From Candidatus Hydrogenedentota bacterium (GTDB lineage: Bacteria; Hydrogenedentota; Hydrogenedentia; Hydrogenedentales; SLHB01), in contig CAVUWV010000010.1 in NCBI GenBank assembly GCA_963745075.1, positions 128,001 through 192,000 on the forward strand: a stretch of 64,000 bases of DNA. Reading direction: 5' to 3'. Position numbers and translations under genes: made by a program. Of the stretch, positions 38,893 through 49,232 are shown piece by piece. Position 1 is the first letter of the stretch, and each line of letters starts with the position of its first letter. The notes under the pieces are model-generated. The model worked only from the letters and a program-made list of their open reading frames with translations. It was not told the origin of the DNA and searched no databases.

Positions 38893-41613
38893 TTAGACCC
38901 GTCGACGGCGCAAGACACTTACGCCCGCTACCATGGTGATCGCAGCCAACACAATCAGCAAGAGGCCCGTGGGCGAGGGCACGCTCGCGCCGTTGACGAT
39001 TGTGAAATCCGCATCGCTTTGGTCGGTGTACATATTGTCCGTCGTGGTGATCTTGATTCGGTAATCCGTGCCCGAAGTCAGATCCGACGGGACCAGCACG
39101 CCTTCGCTTCCATCGTTGGGCGTCGAAGCCAGGAGGGTGCGATCCAGGGACCCTCCCTTAAAGAGTTCGATTCGGACGTCGCCTCCGGCGCTGGTATTCC
39201 ATTGAATCGTCTTGGCGGTGCTCGTATACCAATTCTCACCGCCATTGGGGGTTAGTAACTCGACGCCCTCCGGCACGGTCAATTCAACATTGACGTTCTG
39301 GGGTGAACCGCTCGCGCCGGCTGCGGTAATCGTCACGGTATCGTTGTGCACCCCTCCCGCCAGGCTGGTCGCGTCGAACGCAAGGTATATCAGGTCGGAC
39401 TCGTTCGTGCAGGAACCCGACGTTAGAGACGTCGTGAGCCAGGACTGGGAATTGGCGACCGTGTAGCCCATCGAGCCGCCGCCGGAATTCGAGACGGCGA
39501 TGTATTTGGTGTCCGAGGTCTGTCCCGGCCACAGCGATTCGGTGATGGTGGTGGTGGACACATCGAGCGCCGGTGCATCGGCCACCGTCAGCAGAACCGG
39601 AATTATCTGCGGGGAATTGGAGGCGCCCGCGTCGGTCACGGTTATCGACGCAGCGTGGGGCCCGGAACCGAGCGCCGACGCGTCGATGGTTACGGTGATC
39701 TCCTCCGGGTTGACTGTCAAGGAACCGGCGATGGGGGAGCACGTGAGCCAGGCGACGTTATCGGTGATGGAGTAGTTGAGGGTACCGTCCCCGGCGTTAA
39801 AGACATTGAATACTGCTTCCGGCGGGCTGGCGCCGAGATCGCACGTGGGGGAGAGCGTGCCGGCCGTCAGTCCGATCGCAGGCGTCGCCGGGGGACTACC
39901 CGTACCGATAACAAACGAAAGTGCCGACCCGACCGCACCGTAGTCGTGTACGACCATCCCCGAGTTCACGGTACGTCCCGTATTGGTGGTGTGGTCCCAG
40001 AAATGAAGTTCCGGACTGGTTGTGTCGTCGAGAGGGTCCGCGCCTTGTGTGTCGCGGAACGTGTCGAGCGAACTCGGATAGGGTACAGGATTGCTATACC
40101 ACGGCGTATAGGACGTTGTGGGAGCAGCCTCGACGATAAACGCTTCGTAGGGAATCTCGTAGGTTCCGCTTATCTGAATGGAGCTGTGCGTATTGCTCCC
40201 ACCCTCGAAGATATGCCACACCGCCAGCCCCAAGCCGGGCGCGACGGTCGAGAGATGACCGCCGTATGGCCCTTCATATCCGGCGTTATTCCGATTCTCA
40301 ATGAGAAAATACTCCTGGCTATTTGCAGGATTCATATACTTGTAGAAAAAGTTGCGGTCTTCCTGAACCGTCGCACGCACATGCGTCGACGAATCAACGT
40401 CAATTACTTCCGACCAGCCGGATTCTATTTTCAGATAGGGATCGACACTGTTAGGATGTTTGCCGCCGCCGCCGTGGCTGCCCGACGCCATGAGGCTGTA
40501 ATAGCCGATGACGTTCCCTCCGCCGGGTTCATAGCTGTAGAGGTCGGGGTAGAGGCACGTCAGGTGTCCGTTTTCGTGGCAGAACGTACCGATCGCCAGT
40601 TGCGTCTTCATGTCCGACATCTGATAGCGAAAGACCTTGATGTTATTGGCTGCATCGACGGTCTTCGTCGGGATTGCCCAACTGTGCGGCCAAAGGCCCA
40701 GCGACCATCCCGACGCACACGTTCCCGCGTAGAACACATTGATCGAATAGATGTAGCCGGAACCGTCCCGGCTGATCGGAGTGAAATCGAACCCCTGCGC
40801 CATGAGGATATCCAACGCCGTCTCGACCAGTTCCTGTGCGGTCGAATCGCCCCAGGTCCCGTCCACGTTATTGTCGTAGTATGTTTTGGGCAAGGGCATG
40901 CGCACGTACGCCGTTACGATGTTGTTAAAATTAAACAATCCGTTGGACTGGATTTGATAATACTCGTTAATCGAGCAGGCGTTGCCGAACTCCGTGTACC
41001 CGGAAGGCTGATTGCAGTAGTTGTCAACCTGGGACTGCGTAATGGTGCCCGGTTCGTCGGGAAAGTCCACGAGGATGCACAGCCCGACGTAGTCGCCGAT
41101 GGTCGTGCGGGACGGCGGCCCCGGGTACGGCCCTCGCACCGCGTTGCCTGACGGCAGTTGCCCGCTAGGCAAGAGCGGACGGCCCCTGTCGTCGACGCGA
41201 TACTCGGCTTGGGACGCGCGAACTCGCGTGAGCACCGCCTGGGCCGGCAGTGTTTGAGACGCTGGCGCAGCACCAGCAGACGCGGCCAGGGAGCGGTTGG
41301 ACGCGCTCGACTGCGCCGAAGCCGTGACCACGGGAACGCCGGTCGATTCGAACACCTGGCCGGACGCATCGAGCCGGGCGTAGCAGAAGAAGCCGCTCTG
41401 CGGATCTTTGATGACCTCATATCCGTCGAGCGTCCGCTGATAGGCGAAGTATTCGTCACCGTAGAGTTTGACCGGGAAGGTCGCCCCATCGGGCTGATGA
41501 TACGTGAATGTTTCCTCGCCAATATACGGGGCGGCCACGGCGATGGGCGCCAGCACGAGCAGGCACCATGCCACCACGAAAACACAGTTTCTCATAATCG
41601 CAAGTGATTTCAT
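38893..41613 (-). CDS. M6 (immune inhibitor A-like) metalloprotease with BACON domains and a C-terminal sorting tail
   Basis: Signal peptide, ILVDFPD, TFCHENGH, YSLMASG, EYFLIENR, two BACON-like domains, an LLTPNGGE domain and VPSPTG-TM-RRRRV. Confidence 0.9.
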   Translation of the reverse strand: MKSLAIMRNCVFVVAWCLLVLAPIAVAAPYIGEETFTYHQPDGATFPVKLYGDEYFAYQRTLDGYEVIKDPQSGFFCYARLDASGQVFESTGVPVVTASAQSSASNRSLAASAGAAPASQTLPAQAVLTRVRASQAEYRVDDRGRPLLPSGQLPSGNAVRGPYPGPPSRTTIGDYVGLCILVDFPDEPGTITQSQVDNYCNQPSGYTEFGNACSINEYYQIQSNGLFNFNNIVTAYVRMPLPKTYYDNNVDGTWGDSTAQELVETALDILMAQGFDFTPISRDGSGYIYSINVFYAGTCASGWSLGLWPHSWAIPTKTVDAANNIKVFRYQMSDMKTQLAIGTFCHENGHLTCLYPDLYSYEPGGGNVIGYYSLMASGSHGGGGKHPNSVDPYLKIESGWSEVIDVDSSTHVRATVQEDRNFFYKYMNPANSQEYFLIENRNNAGYEGPYGGHLSTVAPGLGLAVWHIFEGGSNTHSSIQISGTYEIPYEAFIVEAAPTTSYTPWYSNPVPYPSSLDTFRDTQGADPLDDTTSPELHFWDHTTNTGRTVNSGMVVHDYGAVGSALSFVIGTGSPPATPAIGLTAGTLSPTCDLGASPPEAVFNVFNAGDGTLNYSITDNVAWLTCSPIAGSLTVNPEEITVTIDASALGSGPHAASITVTDAGASNSPQIIPVLLTVADAPALDVSTTTITESLWPGQTSDTKYIAVSNSGGGSMGYTVANSQSWLTTSLTSGSCTNESDLIYLAFDATSLAGGVHNDTVTITAAGASGSPQNVNVELTVPEGVELLTPNGGENWYTSTAKTIQWNTSAGGDVRIELFKGGSLDRTLLASTPNDGSEGVLVPSDLTSGTDYRIKITTTDNMYTDQSDADFTIVNGASVPSPTGLLLIVLAAITMVAGVSVLRRRRV

Positions 41614-41912
41614 TTTCGGCCGTCCTCTCGATTTCGTCGAAATCGTCTACTCTCGGTTCTGGATTCTCCTGCGGTGCCGGGAGTTGTTCGGCTGCTTGGA
41701 CCGAACGAGGGGATAGCCGATGAAGCAAGAAGAGACGGCAACGGTATGGGGACTTGGCCGTAGGAATCGCAGACGGAACTTCCCTGCCGTTCCAAGTCCA
41801 TCACAAGACGTGTCACCGTGAAACATCCCCTCCGAACAGGGAGCATCCACGCAGCAGCATGAGCCACCCCTCAACCCCGAACGCACTCGCGCTGTATGTG
41901 CTTAATAACACC

Positions 41913-41942
41913 ATGTTACGCTGGCCACGCAGATTCTGTCAA
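41913..41942 (-). promoter_or_regulatory. Sigma70-type promoter of the shorter M6 gene
   Basis: TTGACA-N18-TAACAT; matched by an equivalent promoter at 48957-48986. Confidence 0.5.
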
Positions 41943-41957
41943 CCGCGTTCCCTCGGT

Positions 41958-42124
41958 TCACATCGGGTTCTCGCCGCGACACCGTGCCGTTTCTGCGACC
42001 TGGTACTCGATTTGTTCGGGGGTCAGCATGACCGGGGACCAGGCAGCGGGTTTTGGATCGGGAACGGTCAACGGAACCGGGTCATCATGCTGGCGTTGCA
42101 GCTCCGCGAGTTTGTCCATCATCG
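41958..42124 (-). pseudogene. Duplicated 3' fragment of the sulfatase gene
   Basis: 167-bp copy of 49233-49399 encoding MMDKLAELQRQHDDPVPLTVPDPKPAAWSPVMLTPEQIEYQ. Confidence 0.85.
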
Positions 42125-42364
42125 AGTGGAGAGGTTCCGCGCACCCCGGCTTTGCCGTGCGACCGTTGGTATCGCACACACCAGTGGTGATGCCGGCAGA
42201 TCGTCTCACCAACCGGAACCCGGGGCTTGGTCCTCACCGGAAGCGCACAATCACTTTGCGATATCAGGCACCGCGTGGCTGGGTGATACTCGTATACCCA
42301 GCAGCCATGACCCTCCCAATCACCAGCACGGGCGACGAATTCCATGTTACGTATCAAGTACCGT

Positions 42365-45300
42365 TCATCGACGGCGCAAGACCCTGAGGCCCGCCAGCAT
42401 GGTTGTCGCGCCCAGGAGGATCAGCAGGACACCTGTGGGCGAGGGCACGCTCAGCGCTCTTTCCACAATGGTCAGCATGCCCGGGTAGGATTGCACGGTC
42501 GGGTTGCCGGCAGCATCCACAATACTGATTTGAACGGTGGCCGCACCCAGCGGGTCGATTGCCTCGGGTCGTATTGCGTAAGTAAACGAATATACTTCGG
42601 GGGCTTTACCTCCGGTCTTGACGGCCGGATGCCCGTTCACCGTGACCACCGGCGTGGACGCCAGGGGTTCACTTGACGTGAAGCCTATCGTAACGGTATC
42701 TCCATAACCCGCCGTGGACGGATTCACCGTCACGCCGGAGATGCCGGGAGCGGTGGTGTCAATCGTGACCGTGTAGCTGCCCGAATTTGACCAGTAATTC
42801 GCGACATCCCGCTCCTGTACATACAGCGTGTGCGCACCTTCCGGCAGCGCCGAAACCGGCTGATAGGACGTATCCGTCGTGTCACTCGAGAGCCAGGCGC
42901 CCTCGCTCCAACCGTAGCGGTAATACCCGGTGCCGTAGCCTCCGTCAGACTGCCAAATCCACGTGGGCGTGGCGTTGTTAGTTGGCGATGCCGGGCCCGT
43001 CACCAGCGGTGGATTCGGCATGTCTGAAAATGCGGCTGTCACGTTTACGTCGGCAGTGACATTCGTGTCGGTACGCGGGTTCTGCGTCGAGGCGTCGCTC
43101 CACTGGACGAAGTGGTACCCACCATTCCCTACCGCTTGAACGGCTGAGCCATCCGCGCCGTAATCAACCGTCTGAGGCGTCGTACCCGTGATCGAACCGT
43201 TGGGCCCGGCCGTATATGTGAGGGTGTATTGATTGATCGCAAAACTGGCCGTGACCGTAATGGCGCCGGTGACGTTCAAGTCTGTACGCGGGTTCTGCGT
43301 CGAGGCGTCGCTCCACTGGACAAAGTGGTACCCACCATTTGCTACCGCTTCGACGAGCGAGCCATCCGCGCCGTAATCGACCGTCTGCGGCGTCGTACCC
43401 ATGATCGAACCGTTGGGCTCGGCGAAATACGTGAGGGTGTATTGATTGATCGCAAAACTGGCAGTGACCGTAATGGCGCCGGTGACATTCGTGTCTGTAC
43501 GCGGGTTCTGCGTCGAGGCGTCGCTCCACTGGACAAAGTGGTACCCACCATTTGCTACCGCTTCGACAGCTGAGCCATCCGCGCCGTAATCGACCGTCTG
43601 CGGCGTCGTACCCGTGATCGAACCGTTGGGCCCGGCCGTATACGTGAGGGTGTATTGATTGATCGCAAAACTGGCCGTGACCGTAATGTCGCCGGTGACG
43701 TTCAAATCCGTGCGCGGGTTCTGCGCCGAGGCGTCGCTCCACCCGACGAAGTGATAGCCCGTGTCTGGAACCGCTTCGACGAGCGAGCCGTCTGCCCCGT
43801 GATTGACCGTCTGCGGCGTCGTACCCGTGATCGAACCGTTGGGCCCGGCCGTATACGTGAGGGTGTATTGATCGATCGCAAAATTGGCCGTGACCGTAAT
43901 GTCGCCGGTGACGTTCAAATCCGTGCGCGGGTTCTGCGCCGAGGCGTCGCTCCACCCGACGAAGTGATAGCCCGTGTCTGGAACCGCTTCGACGAGCGAG
44001 CCGTCTGCCCCGTGATTGACCGTCTGCGGCGTCGTACCCGTGATCGAACCGTTGGGCCCGGCCGTATACGTGAGGGTGTATTGATTGATCGCAAAACTGG
44101 CCGTGACCGTAATGTCGCCGGTGACGTTCAAATCCGTGCGCGGGTTCTGCGTCGAGGCGTCGCTCCACTCGACGAAGTGATAGCCCGTGTCTGGAACCGC
44201 TTCGACGAGCGAGCCATCTGCCCCGTGATTGACGGTCTGCGGTGTGGTGCCTGTGATGGAACCGTTGGGCCCGGCCGTGTACGTGAGGGTGTACTGGTTG
44301 ATGGTGAAGACCGCTGTAAGTGTCATGTCCGCCGTGACGTTCGCAACGGTCAACGGGTTGTCGATCGAGTAGTCCGCGCCATACTCAGTCCACTTGGCAA
44401 AGTGGTGGCTTGCTGGAGCGTTGGCTGTTACCTCCGTGCAACTATCGCCGTGTGCGACCGCTTGTGGTGTCGTCCCGGTCAGAGTCGCCCCCGGAGTGCC
44501 GTCGGTCTCGAACGTGACAGTGAACGTGGGTACGGGCGACTCGTCCCATTTCCACAGGTCATTAAGGTAGCCAAAATTTCCGAATTTGTCGCGGCCGTAG
44601 CCACCAAACATCCACGCCGCACCCGAGGCATCTGTCCATGAAGTCGCACCATCGCGCGCGCCGGGGGTATTGTCCAGAGCGGCGATGCCTAGCGTGCCAT
44701 ACGTCCCGTTCTGGTTGACCGACGAAGAGCCCTTCGTCCATATCCAGCTTCCCGTGGCCGGATCGTATTTCCACAAGTCGTTAAGATAGCCTAGGTCCCC
44801 AGGGTCGTCGTAACCCACGCCGCCGAAAAGCCACTGCGCGCCCGCGGCGTCCGACCAGGAAACGGGGTCACGGCGTGCACCGGGGGTGTTGGTTGGATCG
44901 GGCACGCCCAATTCCCCATAGGTCCCCCACTGATTGGTTGTTGAAGCGCCCTTCATCCACGTCCAGTTGCCCGTGACCGGGACATATTTCCACAGATCGT
45001 TAAGATAACCCTCGTTCCCGGTACTGTAACCCCAACCGCCGAAGAGCCACAGTGCACCTGAGCTATCTGTCCAAGAAACGGCGCTATAACGCGAGCCGGG
45101 AGTATTGACCGGAGCGGCCACGCCTAGCGTACCGTAAGTTCCCAACTGGTTACCCGTCGATGAGCCCTTTATCCAGGTCCAGTTACCTGTGGCCGGGTCG
45201 TAATTCCACAGGTCATTCAGTTGAAACCCACTCGCAGCTCCAAGGCCATAACCACCGAAGAGCCACAGCGCATCTGAGCGATCTGTCCAGGACACGGCCC

Positions 45301-48300
45301 GGTAGCGCCCGCCAGGGTTGTTGGCTGGGTTAGACACGCCTACCGTACCGTAGATGCCCCACTCGTTGACCGTCGAAGCGCCCTTGACCCAGGTCCAGTT
45401 GCCCGTAACCGGATCGTATTTCCACAAGTCGTTAAGATAACCTAAGTTCCCGGCGCTGTCATAACCGTAGCCTCCGAAGAGCCACAGTGCACCTACGGTG
45501 TCCGACCAGGAAACAGGAGCTCGCCGCGCACCGGGGGCACTGCCTGGGTCAGAAACTCCCAGCGTGCCGTAAGTCCCCCCTTGGTTGGCCGTCGCAGAGC
45601 CCTTCATCCAGGTCCAGTTGCCCGTAACCGGGTCCTGTTTCCATAAGTCGTTAAGATAGCCTAAGTTCCCGGCGCTGTCGTAACCGTAGCCTCCGAAGAG
45701 CCACAGTGCACCGGCGGCGTCCGACCAGGAAACGGAGTCCCGCCGCGCGCCTGGCGCGTTGCTTGGGTCGGGCATCCCCAGCGTGCCGTAAGTCCCCCCT
45801 TGGTTGGCCGTCGCAGAGCCCTTCATCCAGGTCCACTGAAGGGCTGTCTGCGTTCCGGCGAAATCCAGAATCCAGAAGTCCGCGTCGCTCTCGTCGGAAT
45901 ATAACTCGTCCGTTGTAGAAATCCTGACGCGGTAGTCTGAGTCTTGAACCACGTCGTCGGGCACCAGCCATTCGTAGGATCCATCATTCACGGTGTTATC
46001 GACAATCACGCGATCCAGGATTCCGCCTTTCAATAAATCGATTCGCACATTAGGACCGACGTTGCACCCCCAGTCAACATTATGGGAGGTATTCGTTTTC
46101 AAGTATTCGCCTCCGTTGGGGGCGAACAAAAGGATGCCCTCATTTACGATTAGCGTAACATTCACCGACTGGGGTGAGTTGGTTGCCCCGGGCGCGGCGA
46201 CTAACACCATCTCTGAGTAATTGCCCGCGGACAAGCCGGTCGCATCAATTGCGAGATAGATCAGGTCCGTTTCGTTGGAGCAGTTCCCCGATGTCGCCGC
46301 GAGTGTAAGCCAAGGGGCAGACTCCGACACGGTGTAGTTCATCGTGCCACCCCCTGGATTAGAAATACTAATATAGTGCGCATTCGAGATTTGCCCCGGC
46401 CAGAGATTCTCGTTAATCGCGAGCGGCAACGCCGACAGAACCGGTGCTTGGTCTACAGTCAGTACGACGGGAATGGTTTGCGGGGAATTGGAAGCACCCG
46501 CGTCGGTTATCGTAATGGTGGCTGTGTGCTGCCCAGATCCCAGCACCGAAGCGTCGATGGTCACGGTGATTGCCTCCGGGCTGACCGTCAGCGAACCGGA
46601 AGTAGGGAAACACGTGAGCCACGAGGCATCATCGGTGATCGTGTAATTGAGTGTCCCCCCCCCTGCGTTAAAGACGTTGAATACCTCGTTCGGCGGACTG
46701 CTGCCGAGGTCGCACATAGGGGACAACGTACTGACCGTCAGGCCGATAGCCGGGGTTGCGGGCGGACTGCCCGAGCCTATGATGAAGGAAAGGGCTGGCC
46801 CAGCCGCGTCATAGTCGTGCAAGACCATCCCTGAACTGACGGTACGCCCCGTATCGGTAGTGTGATCCCAGAAGTGGAGTTCCGGGCTGGTCGCATCGCT
46901 CAGGGGATCCGCCCCTTGCGTGGCATGGAACGTGTCGGTCGAATCCGGGGACGGTGAAGGATTGGCGTACCACGGCGAGAAGGACGAAGTGGGTGTGGCC
47001 TCGACGACAAGCGCCTCATATGGAGTCCCGTAGGTCCCGCTTTGCTGTATGGAGCAGTACGTATTGCTCCCACCCTCGAATACATGCCAGACAACAAGTC
47101 CCAAACCCGGCGTAACGCTCGCCAGATGCCCGCCGTAAGGCCCTTCGTACCCCGCGTTGTTCCGATTCTCGATCAGGAAATACTCCTGGCTGTTTGCGGG
47201 ATTCGTGTATTTGTAGAAGTAGTTGCGATCTTCCTGGACCACCGCACGCACATGCGTAGTCGAATCAACTTCAACCACCTCCGACCAGCCGGATTTCATT
47301 TTCAGATAGGGGTCGATATCGGTTGGATGTTTGCCGCCACCGCCGTAGTTGCCGACGCACATGAGACTGTAAAAGCTAACTATGTCTGAATTATTTACAT
47401 AACTGTAGAGGTCCGGATAGAGACAGGTCAAATGTCCGTTCTCGTGGCAGAAGGTCCCGATGGACAACTGGGTCTTCATATCCGTCATCTCGTAGCGGTT
47501 GGCCTTGATGTTATTGGTGGCATCGACGGTCTTGGTCGGGATCGCCCAGCTATGGGGCCATAGTCCGCGCAACCATCCCGACGTACACGTCCCCGCGTAG
47601 AACACATTGATCGAATAAATGTATCCGAAAGTGTCGCGACTGATCGGCGTGAAGTCGAACCCCTGCGCTATGAGAATGTCCAGCGCGGTTTCGACCAATT
47701 CCTGCGCGGTCGAATTGCCCCAGGTTCCATCCACATCATTGTCGTAATACGTTTTGGGCAAGGGCATGCGCACGTATGCCGTGACAACGTTGTTAAAATT
47801 GAATTTTCCCTCGGACTGAATGCTGAAAAACTCATTGATCGAGCAGGCGTTGCCGAACTCCGTGTACCCGCTGGGCTGATTGCAGTAGTTGTCGACCTGC
47901 GCTGGCGTAATCGTGCCCGGCTCGTCCGGGAAATCCACCAGGATGCACAAGCCGACAAAGTCGCCGACGGTCGTGCGGGACGGCGGCGAGGGGTACGGTC
48001 CGGTTATGGCTTTGGTCGCCGGCAGTTGCCCGTCCGGCAACAAGGGACGGCCTTTGGAGTCAACACGATGCTCGACTTGAGACTCTTGAACTCGCGTGAG
48101 CACCGTTTGGATCGGCAGCGTTTGGGATGCGGGCGCGGCGCCGGCGGAAACGGCCAAGGCGTGATTGGAAGCGATTGACTTGGCCGAAGCGGTTACCACG
48201 GGAATGCCCGTCGATTCGAATGCCTGGCCGGAAGCGTCGAGCCGGGCGTAACACCAGAACCCGCTTTGGGGATCCTTGATCACCTCATATCCTTCCAGTG

Positions 48301-48481
48301 TTCTTTGGTACGCGAAAAACTCGTCGCCGTAGAGTTTGACTTGGAAGGTCGACCCGTCTGGCTGGTGGTAGGTGAATGTCTCTTCGCCGTGATAGGGAAT
48401 GGCCATGGCGATGGGCGCCAGCAAGAGCATGCAACATGCCACGACGACAATACACTTAGTTTTGATCGCAAGTGATTTCAT
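42365..48481 (-). CDS. Large M6 metalloprotease with BACON, kelch-like and InlB-B/Flg_new-like repeats and a C-terminal sorting tail
   Basis: Paralog of 38893..41613 (TFCHENGH) with added repeat blocks; ends VPSPTGVLLILLGATTMLAGLRVLRRR. Confidence 0.9.
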   Translation of the reverse strand: MKSLAIKTKCIVVVACCMLLLAPIAMAIPYHGEETFTYHQPDGSTFQVKLYGDEFFAYQRTLEGYEVIKDPQSGFWCYARLDASGQAFESTGIPVVTASAKSIASNHALAVSAGAAPASQTLPIQTVLTRVQESQVEHRVDSKGRPLLPDGQLPATKAITGPYPSPPSRTTVGDFVGLCILVDFPDEPGTITPAQVDNYCNQPSGYTEFGNACSINEFFSIQSEGKFNFNNVVTAYVRMPLPKTYYDNDVDGTWGNSTAQELVETALDILIAQGFDFTPISRDTFGYIYSINVFYAGTCTSGWLRGLWPHSWAIPTKTVDATNNIKANRYEMTDMKTQLSIGTFCHENGHLTCLYPDLYSYVNNSDIVSFYSLMCVGNYGGGGKHPTDIDPYLKMKSGWSEVVEVDSTTHVRAVVQEDRNYFYKYTNPANSQEYFLIENRNNAGYEGPYGGHLASVTPGLGLVVWHVFEGGSNTYCSIQQSGTYGTPYEALVVEATPTSSFSPWYANPSPSPDSTDTFHATQGADPLSDATSPELHFWDHTTDTGRTVSSGMVLHDYDAAGPALSFIIGSGSPPATPAIGLTVSTLSPMCDLGSSPPNEVFNVFNAGGGTLNYTITDDASWLTCFPTSGSLTVSPEAITVTIDASVLGSGQHTATITITDAGASNSPQTIPVVLTVDQAPVLSALPLAINENLWPGQISNAHYISISNPGGGTMNYTVSESAPWLTLAATSGNCSNETDLIYLAIDATGLSAGNYSEMVLVAAPGATNSPQSVNVTLIVNEGILLFAPNGGEYLKTNTSHNVDWGCNVGPNVRIDLLKGGILDRVIVDNTVNDGSYEWLVPDDVVQDSDYRVRISTTDELYSDESDADFWILDFAGTQTALQWTWMKGSATANQGGTYGTLGMPDPSNAPGARRDSVSWSDAAGALWLFGGYGYDSAGNLGYLNDLWKQDPVTGNWTWMKGSATANQGGTYGTLGVSDPGSAPGARRAPVSWSDTVGALWLFGGYGYDSAGNLGYLNDLWKYDPVTGNWTWVKGASTVNEWGIYGTVGVSNPANNPGGRYRAVSWTDRSDALWLFGGYGLGAASGFQLNDLWNYDPATGNWTWIKGSSTGNQLGTYGTLGVAAPVNTPGSRYSAVSWTDSSGALWLFGGWGYSTGNEGYLNDLWKYVPVTGNWTWMKGASTTNQWGTYGELGVPDPTNTPGARRDPVSWSDAAGAQWLFGGVGYDDPGDLGYLNDLWKYDPATGSWIWTKGSSSVNQNGTYGTLGIAALDNTPGARDGATSWTDASGAAWMFGGYGRDKFGNFGYLNDLWKWDESPVPTFTVTFETDGTPGATLTGTTPQAVAHGDSCTEVTANAPASHHFAKWTEYGADYSIDNPLTVANVTADMTLTAVFTINQYTLTYTAGPNGSITGTTPQTVNHGADGSLVEAVPDTGYHFVEWSDASTQNPRTDLNVTGDITVTASFAINQYTLTYTAGPNGSITGTTPQTVNHGADGSLVEAVPDTGYHFVGWSDASAQNPRTDLNVTGDITVTANFAIDQYTLTYTAGPNGSITGTTPQTVNHGADGSLVEAVPDTGYHFVGWSDASAQNPRTDLNVTGDITVTASFAINQYTLTYTAGPNGSITGTTPQTVDYGADGSAVEAVANGGYHFVQWSDASTQNPRTDTNVTGAITVTASFAINQYTLTYFAEPNGSIMGTTPQTVDYGADGSLVEAVANGGYHFVQWSDASTQNPRTDLNVTGAITVTASFAINQYTLTYTAGPNGSITGTTPQTVDYGADGSAVQAVGNGGYHFVQWSDASTQNPRTDTNVTADVNVTAAFSDMPNPPLVTGPASPTNNATPTWIWQSDGGYGTGYYRYGWSEGAWLSSDTTDTSYQPVSALPEGAHTLYVQERDVANYWSNSGSYTVTIDTTAPGISGVTVNPSTAGYGDTVTIGFTSSEPLASTPVVTVNGHPAVKTGGKAPEVYSFTYAIRPEAIDPLGAATVQISIVDAAGNPTVQSYPGMLTIVERALSVPSPTGVLLILLGATTMLAGLRVLRRR
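43025..44302 (-). repeat. Six near-identical 213-bp (71-aa) intragenic tandem repeats
   Basis: INQYTLTYTAGPNGSITGTTPQTV...WSDASTQNPRTD unit; period measured from 43231 to 43444. Confidence 0.92.
44546..45835 (-). repeat. Six kelch-like repeats of about 73 aa
   Basis: WTWMKG...PGAR...SW.D..G.LWLFGG.G...YLNDLWKY unit. Confidence 0.85.
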
Positions 48482-48956
48482 TTTAGGCCGTCCTCTCCTC
48501 TTGCTCGAAAACTGAAAGCTTAGGATTTACATGGCGTGTCAGTGCATTCGTTCCGAGTTAAATGTGATGCGCGGACAATTGTTGCCGACTGTAAACCCCA
48601 TCCCCTCCTGCGACCCACCGAAGCAATGTCACAGGCCTAGAACGATCCTTAGCCCAAGCCTCTTCTATTGCCCCGCTTGTAGACGGCAACGTCTACTATA
48701 GGTCCGGTGTTCATTTCGTAATCCAGGGAACGGTTCGGCCGCGCGGGTTGAATTTGGGGATAGACGTTGAGGCGTGAAGAAGGTCGTGGGCTGTGTCTTG
48801 GCCGTCGGGATTGCCGCACGCTCCGACCGGCCGTTCCGAATCCATCACAAGTCGTTTCCCTTTGAATCAACCCCTGTGAACGGCGAACACCTACTCGGCA
48901 GCAGCAGGCTTCCCGTTCCCCCAAGCTCAGAAGCGCTGTATGCACTTAGCGACAAT

Positions 48957-48986
48957 ACAGTACGCTTGGAGTGCGGATACTGTCAA
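48957..48986 (-). promoter_or_regulatory. Sigma70-type promoter of the long M6 gene
   Basis: TTGACA-N18-TACTGT, homologous to 41913-41942. Confidence 0.5.
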
Positions 48987-49232
48987 TCGCTCATTTCGAG
49001 TAGTGCTCATTTCGAGTAGATTTTTGCTTGAGGCAACGTGCCGCTGACCTTGCGTTGGGAGTGATTAGACGATAAGAACAGGAGCATTGCTAACTCGTTA
49101 TTCCGTCTGTCTTGGGTAATCTTCAGTATGGAAGTGTTGGAGCGCGCAAGCAGCGACTTATCCTCATTGCTTGCAGCATTTTGCGTGTGCGCAGTCCTTG
49201 GCCGCGTGATTGCCAGCATTCCCGGCTCACGG

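Noticed and set aside
41755..41790. Cobalamin-riboswitch-like AGGGAA...ATTCC in the M6 leader
   Set aside because: There is no B12 box or GCCCCCGC-ACTGT element, and AGGGAA is not kept in the paralogous leader.
43025..45835. CRISPR array or DGR template/variable repeat pair
   Set aside because: The repeats are in-frame coding units without unique spacers. No cas or reverse transcriptase gene is present, and the differences are not adenine-specific.
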